The notes beneath the pieces were generated by a model. That model was not told the DNA's origin. It saw only the letters and a list, made by a program, of their open reading frames with translations, and did not search any database. This document shows, piece by piece, positions 25,102 to 37,639 of a stretch of 64,000 nt of DNA; the stretch's first letter is position 1, and every line of letters begins with the position of its first letter. This stretch comes from Mobula birostris. Its lineage: Eukaryota. The stretch covers positions 70,553,717-70,617,716 of the forward strand of contig NC_092380.1 in assembly GCF_030028105.1 (NCBI RefSeq), in the 5' to 3' direction. The position numbers and the translations under genes are program-made.

Positions 25102-25595
25102 AGGCTGATTTATACTTGTGCGTACCAGCATACGCCATAGCCTACGCAAGTGGGCTACCCCGTTGTGAGCATTTATAATTGTGCATTGGTGTGTCTGCCT
25201 TGCTCTGCAATTTGCGCACGTCGCGCATGCACATACACCTGCCCGTGCAAGGCTTCATGGTCATAGTAGTCTTTCTCGGGGTAAACAAGTTTAAAGCGAG
25301 TGTCTTTTTTCGTAAAAGTGAAATGTGTTCTCCATAATTTTGGAGGTCTGTCAGCCAGAGTTCCTTCCCTGCCCTTCAGTCACCGAATGGGAAGCTATTG
25401 CAGCATAGGAGGAAATGCAATGCTACCAAGCGGACCAATCACAGTTGTTGCGGTCTGCGTTGCATCAACGTGTAGTTACATTTTGGGAGAGGTGTGCGTC
25501 AGGCTACGGCGTAGGGATCCGTGTTGGCACTGCGTAGGGTTTGTGGCTACGCCGTACCTACGGCGTTGATTTGACGCAGTAGTATAAATCAGCTT
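25102..25595. mobile_element. PIF/Harbinger-type MITE
   Basis: TIRs AGGCTGATTTATACTT…TGCGT / …ACGCAG…AGTATAAATCAGCTT, 3-bp TSD TAA. Removing it restores the Gypsy integrase frame VWHSLRKDVCDW. Confidence 0.85.
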
Positions 25596-27264
25596 TAAGG
25601 CTATGCCACACTAACTTTTGTGCAACCAGTTTCTGTGCGGCCTTCCAGCCTGGATGCAAGATGCTGTGAATGGAGTTAAAAACAGTACATCTCCAAATTG
25701 TGGACACTATGGGGCAAGGGCAACTGGTTGAGACATCGCACCGGACAGAATCCTCAACTTCCCCGAACTTAATGCCAGCCAACCACAGGCCCTTGCCTGC
25801 TGTTCAGTAAGTCTGGACCACTGGATTGGCTGCCATGCTGGCATAGTCAACCCCTGTGTGTATGGCCTCAACGGCTGGCCGTGAAAGGCAATCAGCCTCA
25901 GCATTATTTCTCCCCTTGATATGTTGTAGGTCAGATTTGAACTCCGATACGGAGGCAAGGAGGCCTGATATTTTGGCCAACACATGCACAAGGGGTTTGT
26001 GGTCAACGAACGCTGTGAAATGGCAACCCTCTAGTAAAATACAAAAATAGTGAACAGCCAGGTAGAGACTGAAACGCTTATGGTCAAACTTGCTGTACTT
26101 CCTTCCAGGGGGACAGAGCTGCCGGCTGAAGAAGGTGAGCGGCTGCCACATGCCTCCGACCAATTGTTCGTGCACAGGATGCTCTGAATCATCAGTAGTA
26201 ATGGCTATAGGTGCATTGGAGAGCAGGTGTGCTGGTCGGGTCACATTGGAAAGAGCTTGTTTGCTATCATCAAATGCTCTGGTCATGTCCACTGACCAGT
26301 CAACCACGTGATTAGGGGTATTGCCGTTAAGGGAACTATACAAGACTCGCATAGGTTCAGCAGGTTGCGGAATAAACCAGTGATAGAAATTCACCATGGC
26401 TAAGAACTCTTGTAGTTTCTTAGCAGTGCAGAACGGTGGGAAATCCATAATAGCAATGACTTTGGATGGGAGGGGTTTCACACCTTCTGTGGAGATGCGA
26501 TGGCTGGGAAAGCCAATGGTTGAAAACCCAGACTGGCGTTTAGTAGGATTGATAATCAACCTGTGTTGCCTTAAGTACTCTAAAAGTATGCAGAGATGAG
26601 CTATGTGTTCGGATTCAGATGCACTGGTGACAAGTATGTAATCCAAGTAAACAAAAGGAAAATCTAAGTCTTTTAGTAGAGTCCATCAGCCATTGGAAAG
26701 TCTCTGCTGCATTTTTCAGCTCAAATGGCATGTGCAGAATCTCAAAGGGGCCAAACAGGGTTATCATAGCCATTTTGGGAATGTCCTCCGAACACCTGAT
26801 GGTAGCCCCTAACTAACTCAACCTCAGAAAAAAATAATTTTCTGGATAAACATGCCAAAAAGTCTTGGATGAGTGGGACTGGCTAGCGGGGGTGATTGGG
26901 GGTGGTGGCCTCATTAAGGTGTTGGTAATTGCCACATGGGCGGCAACCACCATCGGGCTTAAGGATTATGTGGAGGGGTGAAGACTGCATACAATCCCAA
27001 GTCTTTCCACATTGGCAAACTCAGCCTTCATGTTGGTCAGCTTTTCCGAGTCCAGTTGACACACCTGGGCATGGATCGATGGAGCAATTGTGGAAATGTG
27101 GTACTTGACCCCATGTTTTGTGACTATACTTGAGAATGTGGGCCTGGTGAGGTTCGGGAATTCGGCTAGCAGTTGAATGATCTCATGTATGGTGGTGCAT
27201 GCACTTGGAAGAATCATTGTGGGGAACTTACCAGGAGAGCAGAGTAACGACCCAAAGTCCATGA

Positions 27265-27545
27265 GTTGAGAGTTAAAGGGCAAAAGTTTAGGGGTAACAT
27301 GAGGGGGAACTTCTTTACTCAGAGAGTGGTGGCTGTGTGGAACGAACTTCCAGCAGAAGTGGTTGAGGCAGGTTCGATGTTGTCATTTAAAGTTAAATTG
27401 GATAGCTATATAAACGGGAAAGGAATGGAGGGTTATGGGCTGAGAGCAGGTCGGTGGGACTAGGTGAGAGTAAGAGTTCGGCAAGGACTAGAAGGGCCGA
27501 GATGGCCTGTTTCCGTGCTGTAATTGTTATATGGTTATATGTTAC
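27265..27545 (+). mobile_element. CR1 LINE 3' end inserted in the Gypsy element
   Basis: RGNFFTQRVVAVWNELPAEVV…; (ATATGG/ATATGT)-type tail. Confidence 0.85.
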
Positions 27546-27850
27546 ATGGTCCTTGAGATCCACAAGTCAGCAGTTCTTAAAATCAGCCAGCAGTCTTTGT
27601 GCACACAGGAAATCTGCGCTAAGCAGAGGTCTAGCCACTTTAGCCAGGATGAAGTCCCATGCATAACATCGCCCGCTGAAGCAGAGTGTCACACATCATG
27701 TCCCGTAAGTCTGGATCCTGCTGCTGTTGGCGGCCTCCAGTGAGGCTTTATCACTCATTGTCTTCTAATCAATAGGTGAAGCTGGCAGCACACTCACTTG
27801 AGCACCTGTGTCATACAAGAAGCATTGGTCTGAAAGGGTGTTTGTAATGA

Positions 27851-28960
27851 ACAGGTGTTCTTTACATCCTTTCACACCCTTACAGCATCCTTTCTGCTCT
27901 ACTGTAAGTATTTTGTGGTTATCTGTGTGAATGGTGATTGATTGCAAGATGCATGGTGTTACAGTATTATATATAGTTTGTAAACAAGTAATAGGGCTAT
28001 GTGTTGATGGGTCATTTGTGATTTCTCCTTTAGATAAGAGATATGTTTTACCTTCTGTCAAAAATTCTGGCACTTTTTCAAGATTTTTAAGAAAATTGCT
28101 TATATGTATAATAGGTACAGATGTAGGCAAGTATTTTTATACCAATAATTATGAATATTTGCACTGCTGGTGCTTTCCCAGTTGTGGGTATCTTTTAAAA
28201 CCGCTTTTAGCATATCCATTGTAACTTCAGGTTTTGGACATCTGAGTGTGAGTGCCTTCTTTTTCCTCCATAATCCAACGTGTTTCTTGATTGTGCGTTG
28301 CCCTGGTTGTTCAGACGTTAGACCAAAATTTCATTATTGCTGTGTTTGTTGGTAATACTCTAGGGTTATTGACATTCTGGCACAATGAATTTAGTTTCAA
28401 TGTCCTGTATAAACCTTTTTCATTGTTCCTGAACTGATAATTCATTTTCTTCATCTGGAATATTTCATGTATCCATTTAGTCTGGCGTTGTATGCATTAG
28501 CACTTACTTTCATTTATCTATAAATTCTACAATGTTTTTGTTAGGTTGACCGGTGTGCCATTCCCGTATCTGTTTTCTTAAAGGGGAACTGCTTGTATGA
28601 ATCTTATTTTCCTTAGTATTTCCTTAGCTTTTCTCTAAACTTTCTTGCTTGGGTTATCCATTATATACTCCATTAGGCAGGTTATTTCTGCTCTTATGAT
28701 TTCAATTTTGTTTTTTAAATTTCTTCTGCTATTTTTAGTGTTCTTAGTTCATTACTCAGTTTTGGGTTCTATTAATGAGTGTCTCTACTCTGGAGTCACT
28801 GCATTGCACTGCTGTTAATGCTGAACAGTATGTTATTGTGTGTAGTTCTTCAAATGTCTCATGTTTTCCTAGATACTGTGGTAATATAATATTATTGAGA
28901 ATATTAACAATTTTTGCAAATTTTGATGACATGTTTTGGTATGGAGGGTCTTTCTGTTGG
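27851..28960 (-). mobile_element. R4/Dong/Rex6-like LINE, proximal part
   Basis: PEFLTEGKTYLLSKG…PITCLQTIY…EQKGCCKGVKGCKE. Confidence 0.75.
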
Positions 28961-28967
28961 GTCAGGA

Positions 28968-29274
28968 GATGAATTATACAGCTCTCGTTACATGCACGTG
29001 CAGTTCAACTCTTTGAGTGATTATGCAAAAAGTTTGAAGTTAATAACTCATCTCCTTCTACCTTAGACCACAAACTTATCAATCACCCTTGCTGTGGACC
29101 ACTTCCTGGAGGTCCAAGATGCCAACTTCTACAAAGAAGGGATCCGTAATGTCCACGACTGCTGGACTAAGTGTGTACATGTAGGAGGGGACTATGTTGA
29201 AAAATAAATGTGCTAGGTTTTCTGAAATTGACTCCTTCTACCTTAGGCCACAAACTTATCAATCACCCCTGGTA
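28968..29274 (+). mobile_element. Mariner-derived non-autonomous element (3' part)
   Basis: Transposase C-terminal remnant (…KCVHVGGDYVEK*) and 3' TIR ctccttctaccttaggccacaaacttatcaatcacccctggta. Confidence 0.7.
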
Positions 29275-29414
29275 TTTCTATTTTCATCAATGCTCCGGGG
29301 GCAAGTGTGACATCTTCATTATTTTCTTGTATAGCATTGTTGTGGTCTTTAGGTTAGTTTCTTTCTTGTTACTTCATATTTTATTTGCTTTAATATTTAT
29401 TTATTGTTTATCCA

Positions 29415-29600
29415 GATACAGTGTGGAATAGGCCCTTCTGACCCTCGTGCCATATTGCCCAGCAATTCCGCAATTTAATCCTGGCATAATTATGGCCAAT
29501 TTAAAATAACCAATTAACCTACCAATCGATATGCCTTTGGACTGTGGAAGGAAACGGGAGCACCCAGAGAAAACCCTCACAGTCATGGGGAGAACATACA
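29415..29600 (-). mobile_element. V-SINE (HE1-like) fragment
   Basis: Reverse complement of the V-domain seen at 9690-9790. Confidence 0.75.
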
Positions 29601-30259
29601 AACTCTCAGAATTGAGATAAGTTCCATTACTCAATAATATATGCACATTTTGAATGGGTTTACTTCTAATGAGCATTTCCTGAATGTCTTTCTTCTCTTA
29701 ACTGCTTGAGTGGTCTTAGTTTTAAGTGGACAACTCCCCTGAGAAACGCCTGCAGCATTTGCAGCCTGTGGTGTTGGTTGCCTACTTTAGTTGTGTCTTT
29801 TTCGGTTTCCCAGCGCCTACCCACCTATTCAGCAGTTTACTTACTGCCACGCCCAGTGCTGGCTCCTGACATGCCCTAGCAATCACCAGGCAACGCCTGT
29901 ATTATTCAATTCAGTAAACATCTCTCCAGTTCTAAAGTGAAAGGGTATAGCCTTTTATACCTACAGCCAGGTTTTAGTTTCAGCCATCCCTAACATGGAG
30001 AACAGATGCTGACCAATATTGTTGTTATTACTTTGTATTTGCAGAGTTTGTCTTCTTTTGCTCATTGGTTGTTTGTCAGACTTTGTGTGTAGTTCTTCAT
30101 TGATAATATTGTATTTCTTTGCCTGCAAGGAAATGGATTTCAGAGTGGTATATGGTGATGTATAGGATCTTTGATAATAAATTTACTTTGAACTTGGAAC
30201 AACTTTCTCCAGACCAAGTATAAAATGTAGTTGATATCAAGAGTGAAACATGGAAGCAT

Positions 30260-30940
30260 TGGCAATAAGGGAAGGCCAGTTAGCCCTTTAAGCATGTTTC
30301 ACTATTCAACATAATCACAGCTGATCATCCAAATCCAGTACAAAAACAGGTATTTGTTTTCCCCATATACCTTGACTTTGTTATTCAAATATACTTCTTA
30401 AATGCATTTGAGGATTGTGCTCCACTGTCTTCTGTAGTTGAGAATTTCATGGGCTCACATCCCTTTGGGTGAAGAAATCGCTTCAAACCAGTCCAAAATG
30501 GCACCCCCATGACTTTGCACCCTGAGCTCTTACTGTGGCCTTCCTCATAATCAGGAACACTCTTCCTACATGCAATCTGTCATTCCTATCAGGATTTTGT
30601 AAGTTTCAATGAGTTCTCTGCTCATTCTAAACTGTAGTGGTTATAAGCTCAGGTGTCTCAAGCTGTCTTCACACGTTGGTCCTGGTATCTGAGGAATCAG
30701 TCCGATTATACTTCGACCAAATCCTTCTATAGCAAGAACGTTCTTCTTCAGATAAGGAGACTAAAGCAGCACCCACTATTCAAGGTGTGGTCCCACCATT
30801 CCACCGTTCAATTACAGTAAAACATCCTTGACCTCAAACCCCGCTGCCATACAGATCAACATAGTATTTGCTTGCTTAACTGCCTGCTGCACTTGCATAC
30901 TTACTTTTATCAATTGTTGCAGAAGGATACACAAGGAGCA
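30260..30940 (-). mobile_element. CR1 LINE 3' part, decayed
   Basis: Antisense similarity to 55400-55960. Confidence 0.6.
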
Positions 30941-31152
30941 TTTTATGCTTCTGTCCCACCACACTACCCCGACTCCACCTTCCTCCTGAATCTATTGTTA
31001 AGATAATCTGTCTTCCTTGTTTTCGCCACCTAAAAAGCTTCCACACACCAGCTTATCTGCATCCTCCTCACAACTCACAGTCACATCCATCATTGAGTTG
31101 TTTGCAGATTTGGAAATATTACATTTAGTCCCTTATCTAAAGTTTAAATATA

Positions 31153-31660
31153 CACTCAATGGCCAGTTTATTAGCTACACCTACACACATACATTGTTAG
31201 CAGAAATATCTAATTGGCCGATCATGTGGCAGTAACTCAAAAGATAAAAGCCTGCAGACATAGTCAGGAGGTTCAGTTACCATTCAGACCAAACATGATC
31301 ATGAAGGAGATATGTGATCAAAGTGACTTTGACTGCGGAATGATTGTTGGTGTCCGCCAGAGTGGTCTGACTACCTCTGATGTCCTCCAATTTTCATGCA
31401 CATCAGTTTACAGAGAATGGTGCGAAAGACGAAAAAGAAACACAACATCCAGCGAGTCTCTGGGCAAAAGCACCTTGTTAATGAGGGAGGTGTTAGGAGA
31501 ATGGCCAGACTAGTTCAACCTAACAAGAGGAGGACAGTAACTCAAATAACCATGCATTACAACGATGGTGTGCAGAATGGTGCCTCAGAACACACACCAC
31601 ATTGAGCCCTGAAGTAGATGGCACTACAACAGCAGAAGATCACTTGTATACACACAATGG
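31153..31660 (+). mobile_element. Tc1-type element fragment
   Basis: TA|CACTCAATGGCCAG start; HTH remnant SDFDCGMIVGVRQSGL. Confidence 0.7.
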
Positions 31661-31739
31661 CTTCAGGGCCAGGCTAATGGCATTCAGGTCTGGCGACCAA
31701 GTAATGTACAGGTCATCCTAATACAATTTCCGCAAAGTC

Positions 31740-32385
31740 ATCTCACATGCAAATTGGTAGGATTCGGCATGTCATCCAAATCTTTGAGAAGCTTCTGGTT
31801 GCATCATGGCCTGGTATGGAAACACCAATGCCCTTGAATAGAAATGCTTACAAAACGTAGTGGATACAACTCAGTTCATCACAGGTAAAGCCCTCTCCAC
31901 CACTGAGCACATCTACATGGAGTGCTGTCACAGGAAAGCAGCATCCAGCATCAAGGACCCCTGTCATCCTGGCTATGCTCTCTTCTCACTACTGCTGTCA
32001 GCTAGAAGCTACAGGAGCCTCAGGACTCATGCTGTCTGGTTCAGGAGCAGTTACTAACCCTCTGCCTCAGGCTCTTGAACCAGAGGAGATAACTTCACTC
32101 AATTTCACTCGTCCCATCACTGAACTGTTTCCATAACCAATGAATTCATTTTCAAGGGCTCTGCAATTCATTTTCTCGATATTTGTTTATTTTTCATTTT
32201 TTTCTCGTATTTGCACAGTTTGTTGTGTTTTGCACATTGGTTGTTGTCCATCCTATTGGAGTCAGCCTCTCATTAATTCTATTGTTTCTTTTATTTATTG
32301 TAAATACCTACAAGTAAATGAATCTCAGTGTTGTATATGATGACATATATGCACTTTGATAATAAATTTCCTTTGAACTTTGATG
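31740..32385 (+). mobile_element. Rex1/Babar LINE 3' end
   Basis: ORF 31860-32057 (…CHRKAASSIKDPCHPGYALFSLL…); tail gataataaatttcctttgaactttga. Confidence 0.7.
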
Positions 32386-33013
32386 CCGGCAGTTCATTTG
32401 CAGAACTTAAGAACTATTATAAAGGTAGCAGCTGCATAATGATAACAGTTCCTGCCTCAATGGATTCCAGTCCTACAGAGTCACCTTGACTTCTCAGAAA
32501 CTGCTGTTTCGACATATGTCATTCCTTGTCAAATCTATGTTCTGAAAAGGAAACTAGGGCAGTCTATAGTTTCATAAGAATTAACACTGGTCAGAGTCAC
32601 CATTGACTCTCGTATCTCAGCGACCTTTGCTACATAAAAGGGATGTGTTGGAGCCTGTACAGAAAAGAAAATACCAATGAAAATATACAGGGTAGAATAT
32701 AGACTTTGATTCCTATAGGTGAACTTGGGTTACACATTATATTTTGGACTGGGGTTTCTCTTTTTTAACTTGGGTTTCCTATGTTGGATCCATACACAGG
32801 CTGATAATGGGAAGGGGTATAGTAGCAACCGAGGGAACCTGAAGTCATGCTATGCTCCTTGCTCACAATTAGCTCGTCACAACAGTGCAGTCATTTCACA
32901 GCAACCTGTGCTAAAGTGCTGAAAGGTTGCACTGGAGATATCATTTGCACTTGAGGCTTGTGCCTTCAACATAATGCGAGTATCCCAATAGCTATCACAC
33001 TAGTAGAAGCAGA

Positions 33014-33302
33014 TGTGGGCACGTGGCCAAGTGGTTAAGGCATTGGACTAGCGACCTGAAGGTCATGAGTTCGAGCCCCAGCCAAGGGAACGTGTTGTGT
33101 CCTTGAGCAAGGCACTTAATCACACATTGCTCTGCGACGACACTGGTGCCAAGCTGCATGGGTCCTAATGCCCTTCCCTTGGACAACATTGGTGTCGTGG
33201 AGAGGGGAGACTTGCAGCATGGGCAACTGCTGGTCTTCCATACAACCTTTCCCAGGCCTGCGCCCTAGAGAGTGAAGACTTTAAGACTAACAGATGCCTT
33301 TA
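33014..33302 (+). mobile_element. tRNA-head, CORE-like, RTE-tailed SINE
   Basis: tggccaagtggttaagg…gagttcgagcccc head; gtgtccttgagcaaggcacttaa CORE-like block; ends ctaacagatgcc. 22-bp TSD ctatcacac(t/g)agtagaagcaga. Confidence 0.85.
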
Positions 33303-34215
33303 CTATCACACGAGTAGAAGCAGAAGATATGGAAAAACCAAAAACAACACCAGAAACAGCTTGATAATCACAGACCTGAAAGAGGCAGAGGTAGCCAGAG
33401 AGCCCACAGAGGATCTACCTAGTTGACATCTTGACCCATCCATATGTCAGGAGGCTTGGTCTATTGATGGTGGTGGTCACTTGCCCATCACTGGAGCAAA
33501 CCTGTTACCAGTTGGATCGAGTGGTCATGTTTTATTTGTGGCTATCAAAACATCACCATCACCAACATTTTGTCCGCGAATACTGCTTGGGCACTATTCA
33601 CAGTAGCACATAACTGCAAAGGACAGGTGCCTAATCGTAACAATCCCCAGAATGAGTGTGAGGTGTGAGTTGTTCAGCAGTAAAATCTGCTCATAGTAGA
33701 AAGAGGGAATGAAATTCATCTGCAAATCCTCTCGCAAAATGACAAAATTTCCTTCTCTGAATATGCTTCCACTGCTGGTTAAGGCCTTGAATTATTGATA
33801 CATAATATTTTGTGTAGCTACTGCTGTGTTGTACATTTAGTACCAGTAATTGAGATTCTTTTCACTGGCATTTTCTTCAGATGAAAACAAGAAGAGAAAG
33901 ACGAAGAAGGTAATTCCAACAATGTTATAGGGAAGTGCACTTTTTTTTTCCTTATCAATTTTATGTTCTGGGTTTTCAGCATGTCTTAAAGAGATATCTT
34001 CGGCATATCTGCCTGAGCCTATGCTGCTTCAACTGGCATCATTTTGCCAATGTATATGGGATCGCACAGCTCTCAAATTTCAATGCCACTGTTCAGGCTC
34101 AGGTAAAGATTGTGGACATCTGCATGTTATGTGCAGGCAGAAACAGACCGGTTAGTACAGTGCAGAGGGCAGAGCAGCCTGCAGCAGCACAAGAGTGACT
34201 GAGCTGGACAACAGG

Positions 34216-34242
34216 ATGGAATGTAGTCAACCAGAGAAAAGG
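34216..34242 (+). CDS. Candidate first coding exon of an unidentified plus-strand gene (MECSQPEKR)
   Basis: aggATGG Kozak context; donor AGG|GTATGT; upstream acceptor gttatgtgcag at 34136. No homology recognised. Confidence 0.25.
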
Positions 34243-35794
34243 GTATGTGGAAAACAATAATAGAAAATGAAAATAGATGGGAAAAAGGCTTACTAATTTA
34301 TTTGTATCAATTTATTACATGATATTACATTCCTAAGGACAAAAGTGTGATGGCAAGGTAACTGTCAAAAGGGATATAGGGCTAAAAAGGTATTTGGCAT
34401 GAAGTTTCATTTGTACATTCAAGAGTAGTACTCCTGCTCCTCTCGATTATACATTGCAAGTAAAATTTGATTTGGCTTATTATACTATTTTGGCTTATCT
34501 TGAATATTTATCATTACTTGAATGTTGAAAGGAGTTGGGAACAAACACCATACTTCTCAACATAAAAGTCAAGCTGGTTGTCATATGGATGAGTATATGT
34601 ATGTACTGGTGTAGTGCAAAATATACTGCACAGGCATATAGCATCACATAAGCAACATTCATAAAAAACAATCATGCACATTTTACAAGAAATGCAATAA
34701 GAAAAAAATAATAAATGCATTTTTGGGCAAAGTGGTCACAGTGTTGGTGTACTGTAATGATCAGTATTGTTCCTTTTGGCTAAGAACTGAATGATTGAAG
34801 GAAAGTAGCCATTCTTGAAAATGGTGGTTTTGGAGCTCAGGCTGATTTATAAAGGAAATCTAATTAGTGCTGGTTCATACATTGCTGTGGATGATTGACA
34901 GGCATCACTTAGAACACTTCCCATACACCGAACTTGTGCATACTGCATGGTTTATTGGCCTTCAGCAACAATAATTAACCATTAGTGGGGAATGCAGCAT
35001 AGGAAGTGCAGGGATGCACCTAAAGTGTGCATTTGTCTACTTTAACTGTTCAATGATCACCTTATATTTCAAATGAACATCCAATGCTTATTTTGAATTC
35101 ATTTTAGAAATCTAATGAGATTTAGTTTGTGATGTGATGATGCAGTCTGTTGAATTTGCTAACTTTAAACAAGCATTACCTACACGCTTTCAGTTCATGT
35201 GCTTGACCATTTCCAGTAATTGATAGAACAAATGAATGTTAGTAAAAATGATTAGGGCTAAGGATCATACCATATGCAAATAACCTCTTCTGCCAACCAT
35301 CAAGTGTATTCTAATCCGATTTTCCTTATTGCATTTCCATCGTGCATCCCCTTCCCGCCAATTCTGCTACTCACCAACACAATGTTTAATTTACATTAGC
35401 AACTAAAACCTTCTTGGCTCATGGGGGGATATTGGAGCATGAGTGAAAACACACATTTGTCTTATGGAAAATATACAAACTCCAACAGATAACACCTCAA
35501 GTTAAGAAAATAAGCCCAGTTGCTGCAGTTGTAAGGTAGTGTTGCTGATCCTACTGCCATAACAAACTTTAATAAAGACATGAAATGACAAAGCAATTTT
35601 TTTTTCCTGCACTGATTAATAAAAGTTTGAAATCTTTCAAATAAAAACAAAACCATCATATGTAAAGGCATACAATTTCAACATATACAGAATTGAATTA
35701 TTTAAAAAGCATTATTTACTTTACATCTAAAACCATGAACTGAAAAACATTTTGATAAAGGTTTGATGAACTGTCTTTTCATTGCTCCTTAAAG

Positions 35795-35815
35795 GTGAAG
35801 TCTATGCCTGAAAAA
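35795..35815 (+). CDS. Candidate micro-exon (VKSMPEK)
   Basis: Acceptor ctgtcttttcattgctccttaaag|, donor AAA|GTAATA, phase 0-0. Confidence 0.2.
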
Positions 35816-36456
35816 GTAATATTGAAATTATAAAATGGTAATTTATTTATTTAATTATTATTATTATTTTTTTTTTAAATTGTATGTCATTGTGTCCTTC
35901 AATTTAAATAAACAGTTTTTGCTTCCAGTGCTTTTTCACCTATCTAGTATGAGCTTTCTGATCATTTAATGATCCATTAAAATGGAATTAGAGGAAATCT
36001 ATTTAATAAAGTTAAATGGGTTATCTATTTAACAAAGGTGAGGGCTTTTTTCCCCCCTCGGAGGCCAGTGAATGTGGGGAACAAAATCAAAATTGCTGAA
36101 ATAGCTCAGGTTAGGCTGTGCTTCTCAATGTTTTGGGTCCGTGACCTTTCATCAGAACTGAGAAACAGAAAAGCAAGTTAGCCTTCAGTAGGTGGGGTGG
36201 GATATGTGGAAGAAAGGGAACATCTGTGATAGGATGAGTTGAAATGGCTTAGTAACAGTAGTTTCCAGCACAGGAAACTTTTTGGTTGATACAATGAGCT
36301 GTAATGGTAAGATGGTGGGACCTGCCCAGCAGGCCAGGTATACAAGTACAATGAGGAAAAGAAAGCCAACATAAAAACAGAAGAATGTAAAATGTTGTAT
36401 GAACTCAGGTGAGACAGTATCAGTGAAAATAAGAATAGTTAATGTTTCAGACCAGT

Positions 36457-36554
36457 AACGAGAGAGAGAGAGAACGAGAGAGAGAGAGAGAACGAGAGAG
36501 AGAGAGAACGAGAGAGAGAGAGAACGAGAGAGAGAGAGAACGAGAACGAGAGAG
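36457..36554. repeat. Compound microsatellite (AAC(GA)n units)
   Basis: Directly visible. Confidence 0.95.
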
Positions 36555-37099
36555 AAAAAAAATAGTTGAGGTAGTGGCGATATAGGAGTGAAATTTCTCT
36601 GCCAGAGTGAATGCATGTGAGATAAGGTACCTTGGCTTGTAGCAAGTTACCTACTCAGAGAGGAAAAGGAAAAAGGATGGCAGCCTGAAATGGTTTGTTA
36701 TAGATAGGAAGAATCCAATGTTATCTAATGTTATAAAATTCAACTTGAAGTGTGAAAGACTGATATGTCTTGATCTTGCATTGGATCTCATTGTTAGATC
36801 GTTGGCGAGGGTAAAGTATTACTCCGGATAAATGAGATGGGAGAGTTAATGTTATAAATGTGATCTTATTTCATGAAATAAACTTGAAATGTTGAACGAT
36901 CTTAACCTTTTTCTAATTCATATGCATCTTATGAGTTATTCCAGAGCAAACTCTAGAGATTAATATCTATGATTAAATATACAACACTAAAGTTTCAAAA
37001 AACTGCAGCTCTGCACAATGCTCCAAAAGTGTGAAATCACATCAAAAGAACAGGCGACTCAAATGTGAATGTTGAACGGTAAATCTTTGAATCATTCCA

Positions 37100-37101
<2 letters not shown>

Positions 37102-37134
<33 letters not shown>
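37102..37134. repeat. Poly-T tract (33 nt)
   Basis: Directly visible. Confidence 0.95.
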
Positions 37135-37140
<6 letters not shown>

Positions 37141-37213
37141 AATCTAGTTTTACAAACCAGAATGCATTCAAGGTTCATTCATGGACTAAGAGTGGCTACT
37201 CTTTGCTCTACAG

Positions 37214-37323
37214 AAAATGCATAATTATGGAACAATATGTGACAGCAGAAAAGAGAATGGTCAAACAATTCCTCTTGAGAATCAGTCAAATACTGTATCT
37301 CAAGAAACCACTTCAGTAAAAAA
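37214..37323 (+). CDS. Candidate exon (KMHNYGTICDSRKENGQTIPLENQSNTVSQETTSVK)
   Basis: Acceptor ctactctttgctctacag|, donor AA|GTGAGC, open in phase 0. Confidence 0.3.
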
Positions 37324-37639
37324 GTGAGCAATCATTCAAAAGGATGTAAAAGATATCCTGATTTCTCAGTCCAGTTAGAAACTTGATTGATTAGGTATGC
37401 AAGAATAATCTGGTTGAATTGTTTTAAGGTTAATAATATTATAATAATTACATTGATCCCAAATGGGAAATTGTTACAGCAGCATCTAAAAACACACATA
37501 GCAACCATATTAACTAATAATAAAGTACAGAATAATATACACAAAAATGTACCAATATGTGCAATGATAATGTATGAAATAATAAAAAAGACTTTTGTAC
37601 TATGACGTGTGCTCTCATCTCACTGGTGAACTTTTGAAT

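Larger units (their letters stand above)
23790..27850 (-). mobile_element. Gypsy LTR retrotransposon, 5'-deleted, nested in the R4-like LINE
   Basis: Protease (DTGAQVSVLP), RT/RNase H (ORF 25804-26646) and integrase (HVSVDLFGPLPPSHG). Purine-rich tract then LTR at about 23790-24073. No gag or 5' LTR. Confidence 0.85.

Noticed and set aside
36125-36160. Minus-strand CTGATGA…AAAAC hammerhead-like motif, and a similar one near 14030-14050
   Set aside because: The GAAA core and stem I are broken; decayed Penelope-type tails, unlikely to be catalytic.
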